Positions 19,699 to 28,937 of a stretch of 64,000 nt of DNA are shown here, in pieces. The position numbers were made by a program, and so were the translations under genes. Source of the stretch: an uncultured Chloroflexia bacterium (GTDB lineage: Bacteria > Chloroflexota > Limnocylindria > Limnocylindrales > CSP1-4); the NCBI GenBank assembly GCA_963782715.1, contig CAWAKU010000016.1, positions 391,425 to 455,424 of the forward strand, in the 5' to 3' direction. The first letter of the stretch is position 1, and each line of letters starts with the position of its first letter. Under the pieces are notes generated by a model that searched no databases, was not told where the DNA came from, and saw nothing but the letters and a program-made list of their open reading frames with translations.

Positions 19699-20681
19699 GC
19701 GGCCGCCGCGACGCCGAGGATCGTCTCGCGGACCCAGCGCGTCTCCTCGCGGGCGAGCCGCCGGAACTCGAGCCGTTCCTGCGACTTCGGGCCGTGGTTG
19801 GTCACGACCGTGCGCAGCTCGGCCCAGTCCGGATCCGCGTATCGCCACTGCCCGGCCGTCTCGTCGAAGCGCAGCTCTGGGTCCGGGATGACCAGACCCA
19901 GCTCGAGGATGCGCGGCACGTAGATGGTCAGGAACTCCTGGCGCAGCTCCTCGGAGGTCTTGGCCTTGATCTTCCAGTGCAGGTCACGGTCGGTCTCGCG
20001 CGGCGAGCGCGGGCCGTGCATCTGCATGAGTGGTCCCCACCAGCGCTCGAGCGCGTCCTGGATGGCCGCGCGTTGGGCCGCCGACCCGGTGACCATGGTC
20101 ACGACCACGTCGCGGCCATGCATGATGTGGACCGATTCCTCCCAGCAGATCTTGCGCATCGTCCGGGCGTACGGCGCGTAGCTGCTGTCGCGCAGCGCCT
20201 GCTGCGCGACGATCGCCGCGGCGTCCACCAGCCAGGCGATCATCCCGACATCCGCCCAGCCGACGGTCGGGTAATGGAAGACGTTGTGGAACTTGGTCTT
20301 CCCGGCCAGCAGGTCGTCGAACATCGCCTCGCGCGACTTGCCGAGGTCCTCGGCCACGCGATAGAGGAGCTGGGCGTGCCCGACCTCGTCCTGGACCTTC
20401 GCCGTCAGGGCGAGCTTGCGCCGCAGGGTCGGCGCCCGCATCAGCCACTCGCGCTCCGGGAGCACGCCCATCAGCTCGCTGTTGGCATGCATCTCGACGA
20501 AGCGCAGGACGGCCGTCCGGTACTCGTCGGGCATCCAGTCGGTGGCCTCGATCTTGAGTCCGGCGCCGACGTGCTCCTCGAACAGCGCGAAACGCTCGTC
20601 ATGCGGCAGGTCCTCGTTGAATGCCGGCCGGCCACGGTCGGATGGTCCGAGGATGGGCTCGAGCGCGAGCGGATCGGTCAT
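19695..20681 (-). CDS. paaA: 1,2-phenylacetyl-CoA epoxidase catalytic subunit A (PaaA, diiron)
   Basis: 328 aa. Diiron ligand helices (DEVGHAQLLY and EESVHIMHG) are present. Confidence 0.9.
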   Translation of the reverse strand: MTDPLALEPILGPSDRGRPAFNEDLPHDERFALFEEHVGAGLKIEATDWMPDEYRTAVLRFVEMHANSELMGVLPEREWLMRAPTLRRKLALTAKVQDEVGHAQLLYRVAEDLGKSREAMFDDLLAGKTKFHNVFHYPTVGWADVGMIAWLVDAAAIVAQQALRDSSYAPYARTMRKICWEESVHIMHGRDVVVTMVTGSAAQRAAIQDALERWWGPLMQMHGPRSPRETDRDLHWKIKAKTSEELRQEFLTIYVPRILELGLVIPDPELRFDETAGQWRYADPDWAELRTVVTNHGPKSQERLEFRRLAREETRWVRETILGVAAAA

Positions 20682-21280
20682 CCCCGTCCTCCATGCGCCT
20701 GGACGGCGCGCAATGTCAGGTCGGCGTAGGCATCGGCGATGTCGCGGGCCGGCAGCCGGCCCTTCGGTCGGTACCAGGTCACGAGGCCGTTGAGCGCGGT
20801 CAGGATGTAGGCGGTGGTCACCGCCGGGTCGAGCGCGACGAACGAGCCGGACTGGACTCCCTGCTCGATGGTCGTCCGGAAGCGCGCCTCGTAGGCGTCA
20901 CGCCGCCGGGAGATCTCGTCGCGGCGGCCCTTGTCGAGCGCGCGCCACTCGTGGACGAAGACGCTGGCGCGCTGGATGTCGTCGGTCACGACCCCGACAT
21001 GCGCTCGGACCAGCGCGATGAGGTGGACGCCGGGACCGAACACGACGGCCCCCGGGTCGCCGGCCTCGACCAAGTCGGCCGCGATCTCGAAGCGGGTGGC
21101 CGTACGCTCGACGATCGACCACAGGACTTCCTGCTTGGACGCGACGTGCGCGTACAGGCTGGCCCCCTGCATGTCCACCGCACGGGCGATGTCGCGCACG
21201 CTCGTGCCCGAGTAGCCGTGCTGGTGGAAGAGCGAACTCGCCGCGTCCTCGATCTCGCGCCGGCGGGTGGTCTCGACCAT
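20678..21280 (-). CDS. paaR: TetR-family transcriptional regulator (PaaR-like repressor of the paa cluster)
   Basis: N-terminal TetR HTH (SSLFHQHGYSGTSVRDIARAVDMQGASLYAHVASKQEVL). Stop overlaps the paaA start. Confidence 0.8.
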   Translation of the reverse strand: MVETTRRREIEDAASSLFHQHGYSGTSVRDIARAVDMQGASLYAHVASKQEVLWSIVERTATRFEIAADLVEAGDPGAVVFGPGVHLIALVRAHVGVVTDDIQRASVFVHEWRALDKGRRDEISRRRDAYEARFRTTIEQGVQSGSFVALDPAVTTAYILTALNGLVTWYRPKGRLPARDIADAYADLTLRAVQAHGGRG

Positions 21281-21355
21281 CCTGTCGTGAACCCCTAACT
21301 AACGCTCGTTAGGGGCAAGAGACTAGGGATGTGGCGGGCGTCCGTCAAGGTCCCC

Positions 21356-22135
21356 CTACTCCCCGGTGAACCGCGGCGGCCGCTTGCCGATGAACGCCGC
21401 GAGGCCCTCAGCGTGGTCAGCCGAGGCGCCCACGATGCCCTGTCGGTATGCCTCATCGTCGAGCGCCTCATCGAGCCCCACCGACCAGCTCCGCTCGAGC
21501 GCGCGCTTCGTGTGCGCGAGGGCGCGCGGCGCCAGCTCGGTCAGGCGTGTCGCGATCGCCCGGGCCGCGTCGGCCAGCTCGTCCGGCGGGACGACCTTCA
21601 CCACGAGACCGAACCGCTCGGCGTCCGCGGCCGACAACGACGTGCCCAGCAGTGCCATCTCCGCAGCCTTGGCCGGTCCGACGAGCCGTGGCAGGAACCA
21701 CGTCGCCCCGCTATCGGGCACCAGACCGATCCGCCCGAAGGCGAGCACGAAGCTGGCCCCCTCCGCCGCGACTCGGACGTCGCAGGCAAAGGCCAGCGAC
21801 GCGCCAGCGCCCGCAGCGACCCCGTTGATCGCGCCGACGATCGGCTGTGGCATCGCTCGCATCGCACGGACGATCGGGTTGTACCGCTCGCGGACTTCGA
21901 CCGCCAGCGGGGTCGGGTCGGGTTCGAGCCGCTCCTTGAGGTCCTGGCCGGCACAGAAGGCGCGGCCGGCACCGGTCAGCACGACCGCCCGCACGGACCG
22001 GTCGCGGGCGACAGCCTGGAGGGCCGCCAGCAGCTCGGCCTTCATCGGGACCGTCAGCGCGTTGAGCGCCTCGGGCCGGTCGAGGGTGATGGTCGCGATG
22101 GCGTCGGCGGTCTCGATCCGGACCAGATCTGGCAT
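21356..22135 (-). CDS. paaG: Enoyl-CoA hydratase/isomerase (crotonase fold; PaaG-like)
   Basis: ITLDRPEALNAL...LTGAGRAFCAGQDLKE...GAINGVAAGAGASLAFACDVRVAAE crotonase signature. Confidence 0.85.
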   Translation of the reverse strand: MPDLVRIETADAIATITLDRPEALNALTVPMKAELLAALQAVARDRSVRAVVLTGAGRAFCAGQDLKERLEPDPTPLAVEVRERYNPIVRAMRAMPQPIVGAINGVAAGAGASLAFACDVRVAAEGASFVLAFGRIGLVPDSGATWFLPRLVGPAKAAEMALLGTSLSAADAERFGLVVKVVPPDELADAARAIATRLTELAPRALAHTKRALERSWSVGLDEALDDEAYRQGIVGASADHAEGLAAFIGKRPPRFTGE

Positions 22136-22146
22136 CAGTCGCCCGG

Positions 22147-22938
22147 TCAGACCCCGGAGAACTCGACCAGCCGGCCATCCACGAGTTCGAACACGCGACG
22201 GTCGATCGGTTCGTCGGCGCCACCCGACTGTTCGACGATGAAGTCGGCGAAGAGCGCCGCGAAGTCCGGGTCATCCGGTCGCAACGAGGCGGCCGTCAGC
22301 AGATGCCGTTCCGGGATGCCGATGAGGATCCGCCCGAACGACCCGAGCTCGGCGACCAGATGGGCCACGACGTCCGGCAGCAGGATCCGGGCGGCATCCC
22401 AGCCGTTGCCGGTGTCCGAGCTGATCAGCCGGCGCTCACCCGAGATCTCGTCGGTCCAGGCGGCCGTCGCCGACCAGGCCGCCAGGTTGTGGAGAGCGGC
22501 GTCCTGGACCTCGGACGGTTCGACGCCCCAGGCGAGGAGATGGTCGCCGTTGACGACGATGTCGTACGCCCCGGCATCGAGCGTATAGACGACGGGCAGA
22601 CCGGCCGGGCCCTCATCGAGCAGCGGCTGGGCATGACTCTGCGCGGAGTGCGCTGCGAGGAGCTGGCGATCGATCGACTCCATGGCCAGCCCCAGGGTCC
22701 CGACCGGCCGGAACGCCGGGTAGAGCAAGTCGCGAGCGTGGTCCCAATCCTGTTCCGGCGAATCGGCCGGCGACGACGTCGGCTCGGGCGCGGGGGAATG
22801 CCCGCTGACCGGCGCCGAGGCGTCGATCGGGGCCAGGTAGTCGGGCGCACTGTCGCGGATCGCCGGTACGGGTTCGTCGCCAAGATCGCGCTCGCGGTCG
22901 AGCCCGGCGTCCGTCCCACCCGGGGGGTCTTGCTCCAT
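22147..22938 (-). CDS. Hypothetical protein (acidic, Pro/Ser-rich N-terminus, conserved C-terminal domain of unknown function)
   Basis: 263-aa ORF with coherent codon usage, lying 12 nt from the paaG start. No recognisable catalytic motif. Confidence 0.5.
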   Translation of the reverse strand: MEQDPPGGTDAGLDRERDLGDEPVPAIRDSAPDYLAPIDASAPVSGHSPAPEPTSSPADSPEQDWDHARDLLYPAFRPVGTLGLAMESIDRQLLAAHSAQSHAQPLLDEGPAGLPVVYTLDAGAYDIVVNGDHLLAWGVEPSEVQDAALHNLAAWSATAAWTDEISGERRLISSDTGNGWDAARILLPDVVAHLVAELGSFGRILIGIPERHLLTAASLRPDDPDFAALFADFIVEQSGGADEPIDRRVFELVDGRLVEFSGV

Positions 22939-22967
22939 CGGCTGTCTCCTCGCTGCGCGCTCGGCGA

Positions 22968-23777
22968 TCAGTGACCCGACCAGACGGGCGGGCGTTTCTG
23001 GGTGAAGGCGGCCATCCCCTCGGCCTGGTCGTCGGTATCGAACAGGCCGAAGAATGACGCGCGCTCCCTGGCCAGTCCATCGTCGAGGGGTCGGTCGCTG
23101 GCGTCGAGGATGGCGGCCTTGGCCGCGCGGACGGCCAGCGGCGGCATCGTCGCGATCGTCGCGGCCAGCTCGAGGGCCGCATCGACCGTCGCCTCGGCCG
23201 GCACGACGCGGCTAACAAGGCCGCGGGCCAGCGCCTCGGCGGCCGTCAGCGAGCCGCCGGTCAGGATGATCTCCATCGCCCTGGCCTTGCCGATGGCGCG
23301 GGTGAGCCGCTGCGTCCCGCCGGCACCCGGCATGACCCCGATGAGGATCTCCGGCTGGCCGAACGAGGCGTCCTCCGCGGCGACGACCATGTCGCAGGCC
23401 ATCGCCAGCTCGCAGCCGCCACCCAGCGCGTAGCCGCGGACCGCGGCGATGAGCGGCAGCCCGACCGCCGCCAGCCGGTCCCAGGCACCGAACCGGCCAC
23501 CCGCGGTCAAGGAGGACGACGTCTGCGTCTCGAGTTCGCGGATGTCCGCTCCGGCCGCGAAGGCGCGCGTCCCGGACCCCGTGATGACGATGGCCCGGCA
23601 GGCCGGGTCGCGGTCGAGCGCTTCGAGCGCGTCCACGAGCTGGTCGAGCAGGTCGAAGCTGATGGCGTTGAGCGCGTCGGGCCGGTCGAGGGTGACGAGC
23701 GCGATGCCGTCGAGCCTCGTCGCCGGAGCTGCCGAGGCGGGGGCCGGCGCCGGGAACGCGACGCGCACCAGCCGCAT
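22968..23777 (-). CDS. paaF: Enoyl-CoA hydratase (crotonase fold; PaaF-like)
   Basis: 269 aa from MRLVRVAFPAP. ALVTLDRPDALNA...ITGSGTRAFAAGADIRE...GGGCELAMACDMVVAAE. Confidence 0.85.
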   Translation of the reverse strand: MRLVRVAFPAPAPASAAPATRLDGIALVTLDRPDALNAISFDLLDQLVDALEALDRDPACRAIVITGSGTRAFAAGADIRELETQTSSSLTAGGRFGAWDRLAAVGLPLIAAVRGYALGGGCELAMACDMVVAAEDASFGQPEILIGVMPGAGGTQRLTRAIGKARAMEIILTGGSLTAAEALARGLVSRVVPAEATVDAALELAATIATMPPLAVRAAKAAILDASDRPLDDGLARERASFFGLFDTDDQAEGMAAFTQKRPPVWSGH

Positions 23778-23850
23778 GGCGGTCTCGCCGCCGCCGCTCG
23801 CCGGCGTGTCGCTCCTCGCGGTCTCGGTCACGAACGCTCCTCGACTTCGT

Positions 23851-24204
23851 TCAGACAGTATCCACACCCGGGGAAGCCGCGGCGGACATCTGCGGCACCT
23901 CTTCGAGCACGTAGAGCGTCGCCAGGCCCGGCGCGATCTCGCGCAGGATCCGGCCGGCGGCGCGCATCGCGTCCGAGCCGAGCCCTGCGTCCATCGCCGC
24001 CCGATCGTCGAAGCGCATGGTCGTCGCGATGACCAGGTCGGTCTCGGTGCCGAGCGCCTCGACGACTCTGTGGACACGCGTTTCGCGCAGCCCCGGCGTC
24101 CCGGCCACGAGCGGCAGGTGCTCCTCGGCATAGCGACGCTCGAAGGTCGCCTGCGCATCCGGGCCGCCCTCGGGTCGGCGGAACAACGCCAGCAGCGTGG
24201 TCAT
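23851..24204 (-). CDS. EthD-family / dimeric alpha-beta-barrel protein
   Basis: About 117 aa from MTTLLALFRR. PEGGPDAQATFERRYAEEHLPLV...DLVIATTMRFDDRAAM pattern typical of EthD-like proteins. Confidence 0.55.
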   Translation of the reverse strand: MTTLLALFRRPEGGPDAQATFERRYAEEHLPLVAGTPGLRETRVHRVVEALGTETDLVIATTMRFDDRAAMDAGLGSDAMRAAGRILREIAPGLATLYVLEEVPQMSAAASPGVDTV

Positions 24205-25008
24205 GGGATCACCTCCCGTGCGGTCTCGATGGCGCCGGCCCTTGCCCGCGCGACGGCTTCGGTCGAACGATAGAAGTCCAGCATGGCGGTCGCGCACAGG
24301 TCGGGTCGCTCGTTGGTGAGGTCGTGCCCGGCACCGGGAGCGACGAACAGCCGCCCGTCACGGACGGTGCGCGCGAGGTCAGCCGCCTGGTCCACCGGCA
24401 CCAGCGGATCGCGGTCGCCGCACATCACCAGGGTCGGCGCAGTGATCCCGTGGATCTCTGCGGGCGTCATCAGCGGCTGAGCAGCGACATCGGCGGCGAC
24501 GGCGCGGACGAGGTCGCGCCAGGCACCCGGCCCCTGGGTCCCGTCCAGCTTGGCCAGATCGGCCGCCCAATCCGGCTCGTCGCGCTCGATCCGGGCGGGG
24601 TCCATCAGCCGGCGCACGACCGATGCCCGCGGCTCACGCGCGGTCGCGATCCCGGCGACCACCAGCGTCCGCAGCCTGGCCGGGCGGCGGGCGGCGAAAC
24701 CCGAGCGCCGTCATCCCGCCCATCGAATAGCCGACGAGATGGAACGTGCCGAGACCCAGGGCGTCCACGAACGCCTCGAGATCATCGACCAGCCAGTCGG
24801 CACGGAAGCCGCGCGCGACATCCCAGCGGGTCCGGCCGTGGCCACGGGCGTCGGGCATGATCACCTGGAACGCGGCGGCCATCCCGGCCAGCTGGCGGCC
24901 GAAGGTGTAGGTCGCGGTCGTTGCCGCGCCGTGGGCGATGACCAGGGGCGGGCCCGCACCGCGGATCTCGTAGCCGATGTCGAGGTCGTTGGCGCGGATC
25001 GTCGGCAT
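24201..25008 (-). pseudogene. Alpha/beta-hydrolase (3-oxoadipate enol-lactonase-like) interrupted by a single-nt frameshift near 24700
   Basis: The N-terminal half (HGAATTA...FHLVGYSMGGMTALGF, nucleophile elbow GYSMGG) is in ORF 24634..25008. The C-terminal half (AARRP...LVVAGIATAREP...APGAGHDLTNERPD) is in ORF 24201..24662. The frames join if one base is removed from a G/C run at about 24700. Confidence 0.6.
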
Positions 25009-25020
25009 GGTCCGCCGATG

Positions 25021-25578
25021 CTACCGCTCCGGCTTGCCCTCCACCTCGGCACTCTCGGCACGCTCGATGTGCAGGTAGCGCCGCCGGTAGTAGAGCAGCG
25101 GCATCGGATGATGCTCCTCGTTGGCAAGGGCATCCACCCGACCGATGAACAGGTCGTGGTCGCCCGCCGAGAAGGTCTCGACGACGGTGCACTCGAGGGT
25201 GGCGATCGCCCCGTCGAGGAGCGGCAGACCGGTCGGCCCCGGATGCCAGGCCGCGCCGCAGAACTCGTCGCGACCGGGCTCCACGTCCGCTCCGGCGAAG
25301 CAGTCCGACAGAGCCTGCTGGTCCTCGGACAGGATGCACACGGCATATCGGCCGGCAGCCCGCACGATGGGCGTCAGGAACCGGCGGCGGTCAAGCGCGA
25401 CCATGACCAGCGGCGGATCGAGAGACACCGAGCTGAGCGCGTTGACCGTGATCCCGAACGGTCGATCGCCGTCCAGCGCAGTCACGACGGTGACGCCGGT
25501 CACGAAATGTCCCATCACCTTGCGGAAGGTGTCGGAGCCGATGGCGGCAGTCGGCGAGGCGCTCGATGCGGCGTTCAC
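25021..25578 (-). CDS. Flavin reductase (NAD(P)H:FMN oxidoreductase, HpaC/NtaB-like)
   Basis: FRKVMGHFVTGVTVVTALDGDRPFGITVNALSSVSLDPPLVMVAL, the flavin reductase-like domain. Confidence 0.85.
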   Translation of the reverse strand: MNAASSASPTAAIGSDTFRKVMGHFVTGVTVVTALDGDRPFGITVNALSSVSLDPPLVMVALDRRRFLTPIVRAAGRYAVCILSEDQQALSDCFAGADVEPGRDEFCGAAWHPGPTGLPLLDGAIATLECTVVETFSAGDHDLFIGRVDALANEEHHPMPLLYYRRRYLHIERAESAEVEGKPER

Positions 25579-25940
25579 GAGTGGAGTCTAGGTCCAGTCG
25601 GCCGGAACCGGTGCGGTCGCGGGCCGGGACGGACCGCGTGGACCGAGCCGTTGCGCACTGTCCCTGCCGCCTGGCCCGATGTCCCCCCCCGACGTCCGGC
25701 CCGATGTGGCACAACGTGCATCCGGAGACAACCAAGGCCGGTGCCGGGGGCTATCGACCCGCCGGGGATGTCGCTCGAGCACGAATCAGCGACGGATCGG
25801 GCGTCCAGGCCGACGAACGCCTCACGCGTCGGCCATAACGGTCCGCGGATGCGAATCCTGCCGACGTTCGCCGCCCGCCGCGGCCACCGGGTCCCAGCCC
25901 GGATCGTCGACCCGGGGCCGGCGCGGCCTACAATCGGGCC

Positions 25941-27353
25941 ATGCACGAGACCGAGGCCGCGACCACCCGCATCGAGCGCAATTCGATGGGCGAGATGGAG
26001 GTCCCGCTCGACGCCCTGTACGGGGCATCGACCCAGCGGGCGGTCCTGAACTTCCCGATCTCCGGCCAGGGCATGCCGCGGCGCTTCCTGCGGGCGTTGG
26101 CGCTGATCAAGCTCGCCGCCGCCGAGACGAACCGCGAGCTCGGGCTGCTCGAGCCGGACGTCGCCGGCGCCATCGCGGCGGCCGCCGCTTCGGTCGCTGA
26201 CGGCGACCACGACGACCAGTTCCCGATCGACATCTACCAGACGGGCTCCGGCACCTCGACCAACACCAACATGAACGAGGTGGTCGCCCACCTCGCCGCG
26301 GCCAGGCTGGGCGGCGGCCGGACGGTCCACCCGAACGACGACGTCAACCGCTGCCAGAGCTCGAATGACACGATCCCGACGGCGCTCCAGCTGTCGGCGG
26401 CGGTCGCCATCGAGGAGGAGCTCCTGCCCGCGCTCGAACGCCTCCACACGGCGCTCGTGGCCAAGGAGCAGGAGTTCTGGCCGGTGGTCAAGACCGGCCG
26501 GACGCACCTCCAGGACGCGACGCCGATCCGCCTCGGCCAGGAGTTCCGGGGCTACGCCGGCCAGGTCGAGAACGCGCTGCGACGCGCCCGGGCCGCCCAG
26601 GCCGAGCTGCTCGAGGTGCCGCTCGGCGGCACCGCGGTCGGGACCGGCATCAACGCCCACCCGGAATACGCGTTCCGGACGTGCGCCCGTCTGTCCGCGC
26701 TGACCGGGCTGACCGTGCGCGAGGCGACCAACCACTTCCATGCCCAATCCACCATCGACGTCGCGATCGCGGCCCATGGCGCCATCCGGGCGATCGCCCT
26801 CAGCCTCTGGAAGATCGCCTCGGATCTGCGATTGATGGGGATGGGGCCGCGGGCGGGCATCGCCGAGATCGCCCTGCCCGAGACGCAGCCCGGCTCGAGC
26901 ATCATGCCGGGCAAGGTGAACCCGGTCATCATCGAGAGCCTGACGATGGTCGTCGCGCGGGTCGTCGGCAACGACGCGACCGTGGCCTTCGGTCAGACCG
27001 GCAGCTTCCTCGAGCTCAACGTCATGCTGCCGGTGACCGCCGACGCGCTGCTCGAATCGATCACCCTGCTCGCTGCGGCGGCCGAGAACTTCAGCGCCCG
27101 CTGCATCGAAGGTGTCACCGCCACCGAGCGCGGGCCGGCGCTGGTCGAGCAGGGCCTGATGCTCGCGACGGCGCTCGCGCCGGTGATCGGCTACGACGAC
27201 GCCGCGAAGCTCGCCAAAGACGCCCTGAAGTCGGGGCGGACGATCCGGGACCTGGCCATCGAGCGCGGCATGGACCCGACCGAGTTGGATCGTCTGCTCG
27301 ACCCGGCCGCGATGACCGAACCCGGCCTCGGCGGCGGCCCGGCCGGCGGCTGA
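25941..27353 (+). CDS. fumC: Class II fumarate hydratase / aspartate ammonia-lyase family enzyme
   Basis: Signature GSSIMPGKVNP, TGSGTSTNMN and QSSNDTIPTA motifs. 470 aa. Confidence 0.9.
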   Translation: MHETEAATTRIERNSMGEMEVPLDALYGASTQRAVLNFPISGQGMPRRFLRALALIKLAAAETNRELGLLEPDVAGAIAAAAASVADGDHDDQFPIDIYQTGSGTSTNTNMNEVVAHLAAARLGGGRTVHPNDDVNRCQSSNDTIPTALQLSAAVAIEEELLPALERLHTALVAKEQEFWPVVKTGRTHLQDATPIRLGQEFRGYAGQVENALRRARAAQAELLEVPLGGTAVGTGINAHPEYAFRTCARLSALTGLTVREATNHFHAQSTIDVAIAAHGAIRAIALSLWKIASDLRLMGMGPRAGIAEIALPETQPGSSIMPGKVNPVIIESLTMVVARVVGNDATVAFGQTGSFLELNVMLPVTADALLESITLLAAAAENFSARCIEGVTATERGPALVEQGLMLATALAPVIGYDDAAKLAKDALKSGRTIRDLAIERGMDPTELDRLLDPAAMTEPGLGGGPAGG

Positions 27354-27354
27354 C

Positions 27355-27774
27355 TCAGCTTGCCGGCTGGACGACCAGGTCGGCGACCATATTCGGGTGC
27401 ACGACACAGCTGAACTGGTAACGCCCTGGAGCGAGACCGGCGACGTGGAACACCTGGTGGTCTGGCCCGACCACGAGGGGGGCCGTGCCGAGCGTGATCG
27501 TGTGCGCCTGGTCCGCATACAGGACCAGCCCGTGCGGGATGCCGGCGTCGGTGTTGTCGAATGTCAGGGCGAGATCCCGACCGGCCGGGGCGGTGAGACT
27601 GGCCGGCTGGAGCTCCACCCCCTTGGCCGTCAGCGCGAGGGCGACCGGGGGGAGGGCGGCGGGGCTGGCCGGGCTCGGCCCGCCGACCGACGGCGCGGGG
27701 CCAGCGCAGCCCGTCGCGACGATCACGGCGAGACAGAGGGAGAGCGGCGCACGAACAGGGGTCGCGCAGGTCAC
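27355..27774 (-). CDS. Cupredoxin-like (type-1 copper) lipoprotein
   Basis: Signal and lipobox (LSLCLAVIVATGCAG). Cu ligands GIPHG...FSCVVHPNM (His, Cys, His, Met). The stop abuts the fumC stop. Confidence 0.6.
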   Translation of the reverse strand: MTCATPVRAPLSLCLAVIVATGCAGPAPSVGGPSPASPAALPPVALALTAKGVELQPASLTAPAGRDLALTFDNTDAGIPHGLVLYADQAHTITLGTAPLVVGPDHQVFHVAGLAPGRYQFSCVVHPNMVADLVVQPAS

Positions 27775-27905
27775 GCCGACCCGGCCGATCGCGCGGGCCG
27801 GCCGGGCTCTCCGTTCGTTCCTTCGCGGTCGTACATGGCGTCGAACGATACCGCGCGGTGGCAACCCCTGACGTCGGACCCGGACCGGCCGCTACAATCC
27901 GCCCG

Positions 27906-28688
27906 ATGACCGACAGCCGACTCTGGGATCGCGCCGCCGTGGTCCCGGCCCCAGTTGATGGACGCCGACTCCCGGAGGTCGTGGCGCTCGCCCGTGGGCT
28001 GCCGACCGTGGGCGAGCTGTTCGATTTCATGCGCGACGCGGAACTCCGGTTCGGGACGCTGCGCCTGCGCATCGAGGAACGGGCCGGCACCGCCCGTGGC
28101 GAGGATCTGACGACGATGGACACGGTCCTGCGCCATCCGGGCGATGCGCGCGTCACCACCTCACGTGCCGGCGAGGGCGTCCGCGCGGAACACGAAGTCT
28201 GGATCTCCGACGGCGATATCGTGCGGACCTACTCGAGCGTCCACCGCCTGGGCACCCAGCGCCCGGTGCGCAATCGCCCGCGCGGGCTCGATGATCACGA
28301 CTTCCCGGGACCGTCCAAGGTCTACGAGCCGATCACGCCGCTGCCCGCCGAGACGCTGCCGGACACGTTCGTCCACCCGGCCGGGTATTGCCAGAACGTG
28401 CTGTCGACGGGGCGCTGCACGGTGACCGGCACGGACATCGTGTCCCAGCGCGAGGCCATCCTGCTCGAGTGCGACCATCCGCGAACGACCGAGCTCGCCG
28501 GCGATCGCCCCGACTTCCACATCTCGATCGCGGTCGATCGCGAGACCGGCGTCATCCTTCGATCGGTCGAGTCGATCGGCGGGACGGTCACCCGCGACGC
28601 GGTCGTCACCGAGCTCGGTCCCGACGCTCCCCTCCCGGCCACGGCCTTCGACTTCGTCTTCCCCTCCGGGACGACGATGCTCTACTGA
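27906..28688 (+). CDS. Hypothetical protein
   Basis: 260 aa from MTDSRLWD with no diagnostic motif. Codon usage is consistent with coding sequence. Confidence 0.45.
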   Translation: MTDSRLWDRAAVVPAPVDGRRLPEVVALARGLPTVGELFDFMRDAELRFGTLRLRIEERAGTARGEDLTTMDTVLRHPGDARVTTSRAGEGVRAEHEVWISDGDIVRTYSSVHRLGTQRPVRNRPRGLDDHDFPGPSKVYEPITPLPAETLPDTFVHPAGYCQNVLSTGRCTVTGTDIVSQREAILLECDHPRTTELAGDRPDFHISIAVDRETGVILRSVESIGGTVTRDAVVTELGPDAPLPATAFDFVFPSGTTMLY

Positions 28689-28937
28689 GCCGAAGCCTTC
28701 CGATTCGCCGGAGACGGCCGTATCATCGGCCGCGATCCGCCGACATCATCCGGAAAGGAGGGCCAGCGACCGATCCCGCGCCCCAGCGCGGACATGACGG
28801 CCGCCCATGGCCGCCTTCCAGACAGACCCCGCGTCATCTCGCACATCCCCGCGTCTCGCGTGCGGCGCCCCCTGAACGGGCTGCAGCCGCCGCTCCGGTC
28901 GCCGCCCAGACGACCGCTCGAGTGAGGGAGGACCCGA

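Noticed and set aside
25579-25940. 360-nt intergenic region between flavin reductase and fumC, checked for tRNA or small RNA
   Set aside because: No cloverleaf-compatible structure or conserved riboswitch motif is recognisable. It contains only a short direct repeat (GGCCCGATGT x2). It is best explained as divergent promoter space.
28689-28937. 250-nt leader upstream of the APC permease considered as a possible amino-acid riboswitch
   Set aside because: No match to glycine, lysine or other riboswitch consensus that I can recognise by eye. It would need a covariance-model search.
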